Shown here in pieces: positions 7,905-14,995 of a stretch of DNA of 32,000 nt. The notes under the pieces were generated by a model. The model did not search any database, was not told where the DNA came from, and worked only from the letters and a program-made list of their open reading frames with translations. Source of the DNA: Candidatus Nitrosopumilus koreensis AR1. GTDB taxonomy: Archaea > Thermoproteota > Nitrososphaeria > Nitrososphaerales > Nitrosopumilaceae. The position numbers and the translations under genes are program-made. Location: the NCBI RefSeq assembly GCF_000299365.1, contig NC_018655.1, forward strand, positions 690,001 to 722,000. The letters are read 5' to 3'. Each line of letters opens with the position of its first letter. The first letter of the stretch is position 1.

Positions 7905-8463
7905 TGTTTTTTACATCAATATGCGAAATTCTCAAGTTTGCCATAACTTCATTAAGAAACACGTCTTCAGGCTGACGTGAGATGTTTGTCATGATTGCTT
8001 GCCAGCAGTCATCTATTTTCCTATTGATTTGAGAAAACATCTTGTCTTTTCTAAACGTGGGGTAAAACGACAATAGTTTCATGACTCCGTCAGTTGACTG
8101 GACTATCTGTATGATGTGGATGATTGCCCTCAATCTCTCTTGAAATGAAAACTTTTCACTCTTGCTAACTGTTTCAAAATTATTAATCTCACCATAAATC
8201 GTGTTTACCTCTTTATGCAGACTTTTTAGTTGCTTGTTTACTGATTCGTAGAGATCAACTAACTCGTACTCGATATGTGCTCTGCTGTATACCTGTTTTT
8301 CAATATCTCCTGATTCTACCAGTGCACTGATTTCTCTGTATACTGTCTTTTCATTTCCAACCTTTGCTATCACTCTCTTTGCAAGTTCAGTACCTCTGGT
8401 CTTTCCGTTTTCATTTAGAATCCTAATGATCTCTGTTCTGATAATCTCTGAATTTTTGTCCAT
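7897..8463 (-). CDS. Winged-helix DNA-binding protein with a C-terminal helical domain (paralogue-like of 2230..2811)
   Basis: 188 aa. The N-terminus IIRTEIIRILNENGKTRGTELAKRVIAKVGNEKTVYREISALVESGDIEK is wHTH-like. The central STDGVMKLLSF corresponds to TDNGFTILDSL in 2230..2811. Confidence 0.55.
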   Translation of the reverse strand: MDKNSEIIRTEIIRILNENGKTRGTELAKRVIAKVGNEKTVYREISALVESGDIEKQVYSRAHIEYELVDLYESVNKQLKSLHKEVNTIYGEINNFETVSKSEKFSFQERLRAIIHIIQIVQSTDGVMKLLSFYPTFRKDKMFSQINRKIDDCWQAIMTNISRQPEDVFLNEVMANLRISHIDVKNIN

Positions 8464-8779
8464 CTATTTTCCCTGATATTTCTCTATGACCTTTTTTTCG
8501 CCCATCTCACTAATCTCTTTTGCTAACTGCTCTAAGATCTCAATTCCTTTTTTGATTGGTTCTTTTGGAAGATTTTTTGTGCTCTAGTTTTTGTTTTAGG
8601 ACCAGTTTCTCATTATTTACAAAACTAAGTAAACTCACCTTTTGACCCATGTTCAGATTAATGAAAAAATCTACATATTCTGAAGCGCTTCCAATCCCCA
8701 TTATTGACTGGTTTTTTCTTCTTGTATTTGTTTGAAGCCTATTGAATTAGGTTAAATAATTTCATGATTCTATTATTGT

Positions 8780-9043
8780 GTGGATAAATGTGACAGACGT
8801 GTTCGTGCGTACAAGAACGGCAAGACACTTGAGCAATGCAAAGAAGCTGCAGAATCTCTGAACCCTGGTTTCAAAGAGCAGATTGAAAAAAACGGCCAAG
8901 TTTTGTGGACTGAAATCTTGGAGCAGGTAGATCATGATGAGTTGGTCTACAAGTTTACGCTCAAATTCCTCAGACGCGACGGATATGATATTGGAAATTG
9001 GAAACGCCCTCGTGTCCAAAAGTTCAATCATTGGTTTACATGA
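8780..9043 (+). CDS. Hypothetical protein (GTG start)
   Basis: 87 aa with balanced, charged composition. It is preferred over the fully overlapping minus ORF 8762..9031, whose composition looks antisense-like. Confidence 0.4.
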   Translation: MDKCDRRVRAYKNGKTLEQCKEAAESLNPGFKEQIEKNGQVLWTEILEQVDHDELVYKFTLKFLRRDGYDIGNWKRPRVQKFNHWFT

Positions 9044-9054
9044 AATTCTCTTAA

Positions 9055-9864
9055 CTAGATTTTACAGCTACCATCTGGATTGCGTAGTTTTTTTGCCATG
9101 ATGTATGGTGTAACCAACAATATTGGTATTGATATTGCAATTAGTAGTGTCTGCAGTTGTGTCAGTGCAATAGATAGTGCAATTCCGCTGGCAGTCCCAA
9201 TGAACACTGAGAAAAACGTACCAGCACATGTTGGACATGCAATAAATGCACCTGCAATTGCACCAATGCCACTCATGCCAGTCCCTTTCTTAGAAATTGT
9301 GTATGCAGTAATTGCAATTGATGTGTTTAGTGCAACCAAATATGATACGACTATTTGGAGAACCAGGTTTATTGGAATTATCTGCAATCCTACGTGGTCT
9401 GTAAGGTATATGATAATTTTTGGCATGTATCCAATGTCTCCACAACATGGGGCAACAAACCCTGATGGAATCTCTGCACCATAATGAAATGAAAAACTCA
9501 CCTCTGGCTGATACACCAATGTTCCAGATACTAGAGAAAAGAATATTCCGTATCCCACAAATGTTGCAAGAAATATCTTTCTTGATTTTGTATTCCATGT
9601 GACTATTGCAATAATTGTTGAAAGATCTTTTCCGTTGCTTTCTGTTTTGCCTTTGTGATACCTGTACAGTCCAATTCCAATTGCACCAAATGATGCAAGC
9701 AATGTAATGTAAAACCCATAAGCTATTCTTTGAATGGAGTCAATTGCACTTGGTGTTAGCAACTCTGGGTCTTGATATCTTCCATAAATGACAAATAACA
9801 ATGCGATTGTGACAAATCCTAAAACAATCAGTTTTTTGCCTTTGTTGATTGAATTTGTCTTCAT
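9055..9864 (-). CDS. Polytopic membrane protein with paired-Cys motifs (APCCGD, ACPTCAG)
   Basis: 269 aa with at least 6 hydrophobic spans. It lies 35 bp downstream of the TrkH-like gene on the same strand. No family recognised. Confidence 0.65.
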   Translation of the reverse strand: MKTNSINKGKKLIVLGFVTIALLFVIYGRYQDPELLTPSAIDSIQRIAYGFYITLLASFGAIGIGLYRYHKGKTESNGKDLSTIIAIVTWNTKSRKIFLATFVGYGIFFSLVSGTLVYQPEVSFSFHYGAEIPSGFVAPCCGDIGYMPKIIIYLTDHVGLQIIPINLVLQIVVSYLVALNTSIAITAYTISKKGTGMSGIGAIAGAFIACPTCAGTFFSVFIGTASGIALSIALTQLQTLLIAISIPILLVTPYIMAKKLRNPDGSCKI

Positions 9865-9899
9865 GATCTTTTGCTTTTGCTATGAAATTAATTCCTATC

Positions 9900-11714
9900 T
9901 TAGCTGAGTCTGGGCACGAAAATGTATATGATTGCAATTATTTCCAGCCTTCCAAATATCATCAAAAATCCCAGGACAATCTTTGTTGCAGGATCCGTAT
10001 CAAAGTCAATTACTCCTGCAGACAGTCCTCCTGTGGTAATTACCCCTGCTGCCTCAAAGAATGCATCTTCAAAAGGCACGTTCTCTGTTCCTGCAAGATG
10101 CAGTCCCGTAACTGCAGATATTATTGGAAACAAGGCTAAAATGATTAATGTTGATGTAATCTCTTTTTTTGCTTGAGTTGAAAGCTCTTTTCTTTTGATG
10201 CTGCTAAATAATGATCTGCAATTTTTTAGATGGAACAATCTAAAAATCTTCAGACCTCCTGCAGTTGAAAATCCACAACCACCAATAAACATCAAAATTA
10301 TCAGAATCATCTGTCCAATTCCATTTAGTTCTGCCAAGCTTTCTAGTTGCAGTCCTGCAGTGGTGCTAGCTGATACAGAATAAAACGCACTTTCTAATGG
10401 CTCAAGCCCACTTATTCCAATAAACAAAATAGTTGCACTGCCTAATATTGCAAAATAAGTGAGAACCTCTTTTCCTAATTTTGGTGCAAGGAATTTTTTT
10501 CTGACAAATGCATAGTGGAATGTAAATGGCAATGCGCCAAGAATCATCGCACCTATCAAGATGACTTGTTCTTGCCAACCTAGATTCTCAATGATTGTAG
10601 ATGACGGTACAAATCCTCCTGTTGCAAGAGTACTCATAGCTAACGAAAAGTCATCAAGCAGATTATCTTGTCCAAAGGAATACAGCAACATTGCAACTAT
10701 TATGATATACACTGCAAAGATTACTGTAATAGTTGAGAAGAGCTCTTTCATGTGAAGTGTTCTGCCTGAAATAAAACCTCTCATGGATTGCAGTTTTGAT
10801 TCTGGATAAAATGCCGTAATTACCAGGTAGATGAAACTCATTCCCCCTACAAGTTGCGTATAACTACGATAGAATGTAAAGCTCTGAGAGAGTTCTTCAG
10901 GTTCCTGGAATAATGATATTCCTCCTGTAGTAAAACCTGCAGCACTTGAAAAAAATGCATTTCCAAACACTTCGACACTTGATTCTTCACTGGGCAAGAC
11001 ATACAGATACGGTACTGTTCCAAACAGCGACAGCAAAAACAGGCTTGAGAATACCAGTATTGATGCCTGTTGGAGGTTCAGACTAGATTTTTCACCATAT
11101 GAATTCAAAAAAAAGCCTGTAACTAACAATAACACGGTTGTAAGGTAAATTCCTGTAGCTGTTGTGGTATCCTCTAAAATTGTTGCAACAATTGCCGGCA
11201 CCAGCAACAACACTCCTGCAAACTGTAAAACAAATCCAAGATTTCCGAGCACTGCTTTTACTGGTGGACTCAATACACGTGGTTCAGAAGCAGTTGCATC
11301 TCTGATCACATTTGCAATTGTTGCTTGGAAGATCATTCCAATGACTTCGTTCTTTTTTGATAAAACTGGTAATTTCCTGATGCCGTTATCTCTCATCTTG
11401 TGTAATGCATCTTGTAATGTGGATTTTTCGTTAATTGTGATAAGTGGTGTGCTCATTATGTCTTTTAGTTTTGTAGCTTCAGCATAGACTGTAGTGTCGC
11501 TAACTTTGCTTAGAATGTCTTCGTCTGTAACAATTCCTACTGGCATTCTGTCTTCGTCTGTAACAATAATGTCATCTGTTTCATAATGTCGTAGCATTCT
11601 AGCTGCTTCTCTTGTGAGTGTGTTCTGACTTAGAATAAGAACATCCTTGTCCATGTATTCTGTAACGTACTTGCTTAGAACATATGAGACTGCACGTTCT
11701 GGATTAGATGACAT
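9900..11714 (-). CDS. trkH: TrkH/KtrB-family cation (K+) transporter fused to an N-terminal CBS-pair domain
   Basis: 604 aa. The N-terminal ~140 aa carry two CBS-like units: IIVTDEDRMPVGIVTDEDIL and IRKLPVLSKKNEVIGMIFQATI. The rest is polytopic with repeated pore-loop motifs: TTGGISLF, LATGGFVPS, STTAGLQ, FSTAGGLKIFR and TTGGLSAG. Confidence 0.8.
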   Translation of the reverse strand: MSSNPERAVSYVLSKYVTEYMDKDVLILSQNTLTREAARMLRHYETDDIIVTDEDRMPVGIVTDEDILSKVSDTTVYAEATKLKDIMSTPLITINEKSTLQDALHKMRDNGIRKLPVLSKKNEVIGMIFQATIANVIRDATASEPRVLSPPVKAVLGNLGFVLQFAGVLLLVPAIVATILEDTTTATGIYLTTVLLLVTGFFLNSYGEKSSLNLQQASILVFSSLFLLSLFGTVPYLYVLPSEESSVEVFGNAFFSSAAGFTTGGISLFQEPEELSQSFTFYRSYTQLVGGMSFIYLVITAFYPESKLQSMRGFISGRTLHMKELFSTITVIFAVYIIIVAMLLYSFGQDNLLDDFSLAMSTLATGGFVPSSTIIENLGWQEQVILIGAMILGALPFTFHYAFVRKKFLAPKLGKEVLTYFAILGSATILFIGISGLEPLESAFYSVSASTTAGLQLESLAELNGIGQMILIILMFIGGCGFSTAGGLKIFRLFHLKNCRSLFSSIKRKELSTQAKKEITSTLIILALFPIISAVTGLHLAGTENVPFEDAFFEAAGVITTGGLSAGVIDFDTDPATKIVLGFLMIFGRLEIIAIIYIFVPRLS

Positions 11715-11861
11715 TAAGCTACCCTTAGTTAGGGATTTTAAATAATTTGGGGTTACGCTATAATATTGATCGTCTAAAAATAATTTACCTATCTTGAATT
11801 GCTATTTTGATCTCAAAAATTTGCTATCTTTATAAGCACTGGGAGTGGAGTTTATGCGTAA

Positions 11862-12296
11862 ATGGATATCAATCAAGAACCAGAGCCTGACTATGACTCT
11901 GTAAAAATTGATTATGTCGGATTCGTTGATCCTTATGCCGTTGAAGGCATGGTTGTTCTAAAAGCAGATGACGGAAAAGAGTTCCATATGAGGGCCTTTT
12001 CTGGCGAGGTTGCAAAACACATCTCAAGCTTTGGCGATGATAAAGGAGGCGAAGCTGCACCTTCGATTTACAAAATGATTGAAGACATCTGTGAGGAAAA
12101 CGAACTGGTTCTAGTCAAAGTCAAAATATATGAAAGCGGTGAGGTTCTCAGAGCAAATCTGTACTTTACTGGCAAAAAAGACCTTGTCTTGAGAAACTAT
12201 CGTGCATCGGATGCCATGGCACTTGCTGCATATTACAACATTCCAATTCTAGTCAGAAAGAATCTGCTAAAAGAGAGCATGGAAGCTGAGACCTGA
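11862..12296 (+). CDS. Bifunctional nuclease (BFN/DUF151) family protein
   Basis: 144 aa. The pattern APSIYKMIEDICEENELVLVKVKIYESGEVLRANLYF...RASDAMALAAYYNIPILV matches the DUF151 signature (RPSDAIALAL..PIxV). An AGAAC-GGTTTTT-GTTCT hairpin with a T5 run at 12301-12317 follows the stop. Confidence 0.6.
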   Translation: MDINQEPEPDYDSVKIDYVGFVDPYAVEGMVVLKADDGKEFHMRAFSGEVAKHISSFGDDKGGEAAPSIYKMIEDICEENELVLVKVKIYESGEVLRANLYFTGKKDLVLRNYRASDAMALAAYYNIPILVRKNLLKESMEAET

Positions 12297-12336
12297 AATT
12301 AGAACGGTTTTTGTTCTAGTGGGGTTGTGATTTATT

Positions 12337-12555
12337 ATGAATGAACAAGAACAACTGATGGATAATCTGCTAAATGTGGATCTTGAAATTATTGATGTAG
12401 TACGAGAACTCCATCAAGGAAATTGGGATTCAGACTCTCACAAACAACAAGTGGGAGATTTGCTAAAAATCCGAGATGAAATGGTTCAAAAACTAATGGC
12501 TGCAAAAGGCGATGATCATCAATGCGATTGCGGACATGATCACAGTCATCAATAA
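12337..12555 (+). CDS. Small protein with a His/Cys/Asp-rich C-terminal tail
   Basis: 72 aa ending in KGDDHQCDCGHDHSHQ. No family recognised. Confidence 0.45.
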   Translation: MNEQEQLMDNLLNVDLEIIDVVRELHQGNWDSDSHKQQVGDLLKIRDEMVQKLMAAKGDDHQCDCGHDHSHQ

Positions 12556-12743
12556 TCATCAAAAAAATTATCTGGAAACATCTTCCTGATTTTGTCTAGT
12601 TCTTTTTGATACTTTTGAATTTTCAAATTTATCTCTATATTTTCAGATGAATTTTCCTTTTGCTTTTCTAGCGATTTTATCTGGTTTGATATTGTCTTGT
12701 ACATTATAGAATATTCTGGAAATTTTTCTGGAAGTTTACCCAT
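12549..12743 (-). CDS. Small helical protein, third member of the DKIRKMFPD paralogue family
   Basis: 64 aa. YKTISNQIKSLEKQ and KELDKIRKMFPD align with 7284..7493. Confidence 0.5.
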   Translation of the reverse strand: MGKLPEKFPEYSIMYKTISNQIKSLEKQKENSSENIEINLKIQKYQKELDKIRKMFPDNFFDDY

Positions 12744-12799
12744 TGTCTAGTTCAAAATGAGATTAAATTTAGTAAATAAAAAAGAATTGAGAGTTAATC

Positions 12800-13801
12800 T
12801 CAGCTTCTAGATGGGAATATGCCTGATGTGCATACAATGTATGAGACATCGTCAGGACCGCTACCTGCACCATTTGGTTCAACAGCTCTGAGGTCTGGTA
12901 ATGCAAATGTTGTTCTACCATCACCGCCATATGTTGTTCCAAAGATGCTAAACAATGCAGCGTTCTCAGCAATTGGAAGTAATTGTCCTTCAGCACCCAT
13001 GAATCCACGTGGAGCAAATGTTCCAGCAAATAGTTTTACTTCGCCAAGAAGACATTCTACAGAAGTAGTTCCGGGACTTCCTCCAATATCTCGTGAGCTA
13101 CCTAGTTGAGGGTTTGTCTCATTTGTTGCACAAATTAGAGTACCATCTGATGCAATTCCAGTTACAACATCACCTACGCCACAAGAACTTCCTCGAAGAT
13201 CCATAGATAGAATCTCAGTATCAATTCTTGAAATATCTGCATCATGAACTGAAACTTCTGTAAACACATCAAAGAATGAGTCTATCTGAGATTGTTGTTC
13301 AGCATCTCGAAGGTCTAGAGAAACAATTTCAGTTTCTATTGTATCAATTTGGCTCTGAAGACTTCCCTTTGGTAATGGTATTTGAGAAACACCATCTTCA
13401 CCAGATGAACCGATATTGCTAACTGTCAGTCTTTCAGAATTTTGTAATGCTACTATCTCTGTCTGAACTGAGTCAATGTCTGCATCATGAACTGAGATTT
13501 CTGTAAACACATCAAAGAATGAATCTACTACGTGTTCTCCAGTTCCAGGATCAACGAAAATATCAAAGAAACTGTCTGGAGCTTCATAGATTTCATAGAA
13601 CACATCAAAGAAACTGTCTCCTCTAGGATCTGGTTCTACATCATCTAGTCGTTGTTCTAAATCTTGTATCTGTGTTTCAAGTTCTTGGAATGGTTGCCCT
13701 TTCTCAGCACCATTTGCAGCGTATGCCATTGTTCCGATCATCATAGAACCTGCAACAAATGCAAATGCCACAAGTCCTGCAATAATTGTCTTATCTGTCA
13801 T
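12800..13801 (-). CDS. Membrane-anchored or secreted protein with SFFDVF repeats and a C-terminal phage-tail-collar (MdpB-like) domain
   Basis: 333 aa with an N-terminal hydrophobic segment (IIAGLVAFAFVAGSMMIGTMAYA). DSFFD(V/I)F occurs five times, and TEI(V/L)(A/S)(L/M) three times. The C-terminus GEVKLFAGTFAPRGFMGAEGQLLPIAENAALFSIFGTTYGGDGRTTFALPDLR...YIVCTSGIFPSR matches the tail-collar consensus. Confidence 0.75.
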   Translation of the reverse strand: MTDKTIIAGLVAFAFVAGSMMIGTMAYAANGAEKGQPFQELETQIQDLEQRLDDVEPDPRGDSFFDVFYEIYEAPDSFFDIFVDPGTGEHVVDSFFDVFTEISVHDADIDSVQTEIVALQNSERLTVSNIGSSGEDGVSQIPLPKGSLQSQIDTIETEIVSLDLRDAEQQSQIDSFFDVFTEVSVHDADISRIDTEILSMDLRGSSCGVGDVVTGIASDGTLICATNETNPQLGSSRDIGGSPGTTSVECLLGEVKLFAGTFAPRGFMGAEGQLLPIAENAALFSIFGTTYGGDGRTTFALPDLRAVEPNGAGSGPDDVSYIVCTSGIFPSRS

Positions 13802-13941
13802 TGCCGATATGATGTTAGGATGTTAATTAAGCTAGATGTTGTGCAAACAATGTTACAAATTCCTAAAAATTTCATTTGAATTGAGAGGAACTGTGGATAA
13901 ATTATCTAGGCAGTTGCAGAATTTAGAAAAGTGGATGGAAT

Positions 13942-14148
13942 CTAATTTACATTAATGATTCCTTGTTTAATCAAAAATTGAATTCCTGATACAAATGCTT
14001 CATCATCAATTTCTCCCGAGGCCCACCACCTTGCATTATTTTTAACCCATTCAGGTACCATCGTTGTGGATGACTCAGTTTGTGATGATGCTAAATCAGG
14101 AATTAGTAGAATTTTTGTTTTATCAAATATTCTATAGTTTTGAGAAAT
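13942..14148 (-). other. Out-of-frame second copy of the C-terminal PEWVKNNARWW module, downstream of and overlapping the end of the 294-aa ORF; probable displaced true C-terminus
   Basis: The minus-strand frame is open from 14148 to TAG 13944-13942. It encodes ...KILLIPDLASSQTESSTTMVPEWVKNNARWWASGEIDDEAFVSGIQFLIKQGIINVN*. This parallels EIPEWVKNNARWWGNDAISQTEFLKTIEYLIKQKFY* at the end of 14103..14987. A 34-nt perfect DNA repeat occurs at 14022-14055 and 14174-14207. Confidence 0.5.
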
Positions 14149-14987
14149 TCAGTTTGAGAAATTGCATCGTTTCCCCACCACCTTGCATTATTTTTAACCC
14201 ATTCAGGGATTTCTAATTTAATTGATGAATTTTCTACTTCAACATATGACACATTTTCCTTTTGTGTTAATTTGCTTGAGATGATTGCAGCCTCTAATGC
14301 AGTTTGAATTGCACCATTATCGGAGTATAATTCATTATCACTAAGTTTTGATTTTGCTTGATTAACTAGTGATTCTATTTTTGTTAGTGAATTTTTTGTT
14401 GATATTGGTAAGTTGTTAATGTCTTTGCCGTCTTTTTCCATCATGATCATTGAATTATAGACATTGATCTTTGCCGTTTTGATTAGATACAATGCAACCC
14501 CTCTAGAGTAATTATCTTTATCAAATTGTGTGAAAAATGTGTCTGCAATGCCACATCCTCGAACATCTTCATATTCTACAAGATAATCATACCATGCACC
14601 ACATCCTTGAATTGGTTGATTATATCCCATAACTCCCCAATACCATTTTTTGAAATAATCAAAAGTTTTGAATTCACCAGAATTATCATATCCCATAAAT
14701 GGATGCATAAAGCTTAACGTGTGACCAACTTCATGCAATACAAGATCTGTAACACTTGATTTTTTTTCAAATACGTTATAATCGGTAGTTACCCCGAGGG
14801 CACAACAGGGTTGTCTAGGATCATCAGGATGAGCTGGTGCTATTCCTAACCCTCCATATTCTCCAACGTACAGATTATCATTTGATGATGCGACTACTAC
14901 CACTACAGGAATAGTCCATTTTGACTCTTGAACATCCTTGAAATCCTTAAACTTACTACTGCTCTTAGTTGTTGCCCATTCTGACAA
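14103..14987 (-). CDS. Metzincin-like zinc metalloprotease domain protein; probably the C-terminal part of the upstream 876-aa ORF
   Basis: HEVGHTLSFMH is a HExxHxxxxxH zinc-binding motif with metzincin spacing. It has a TTG start only 8 nt after the upstream stop and no signal peptide of its own. It ends in a C-terminal WW-containing module. Confidence 0.65.
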   Translation of the reverse strand: MSEWATTKSSSKFKDFKDVQESKWTIPVVVVVASSNDNLYVGEYGGLGIAPAHPDDPRQPCCALGVTTDYNVFEKKSSVTDLVLHEVGHTLSFMHPFMGYDNSGEFKTFDYFKKWYWGVMGYNQPIQGCGAWYDYLVEYEDVRGCGIADTFFTQFDKDNYSRGVALYLIKTAKINVYNSMIMMEKDGKDINNLPISTKNSLTKIESLVNQAKSKLSDNELYSDNGAIQTALEAAIISSKLTQKENVSYVEVENSSIKLEIPEWVKNNARWWGNDAISQTEFLKTIEYLIKQKFY

Positions 14988-14995
14988 TGCTTTTT

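Noticed and set aside
8762-9031. 89-aa minus-strand ORF fully overlapping 8780..9043
   Set aside because: Its Leu/Phe/Ile-rich composition is typical of the antisense frame of an AT-rich gene. The plus-strand product is more protein-like. Only one of the two can be real, and confidence remains modest.
9080-11487. Plus-strand ORFs (60-134 aa) inside the membrane-protein and TrkH genes
   Set aside because: They are antisense shadows of long, well-supported minus-strand genes, and they lack motifs.
12769-13109. ORFs 12769..13029 (-) and 12819..13109 (+) overlapping the tail-collar gene
   Set aside because: They overlap the strongly supported collar-domain coding frame and are alternative-frame artefacts.
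12800-13801. Tail-collar domain as evidence of a prophage or viral island
   Set aside because: No capsid, terminase, integrase, portal or other viral hallmark genes, and no att-like repeats, are visible in the flanks. The protein has a cellular-type membrane anchor.
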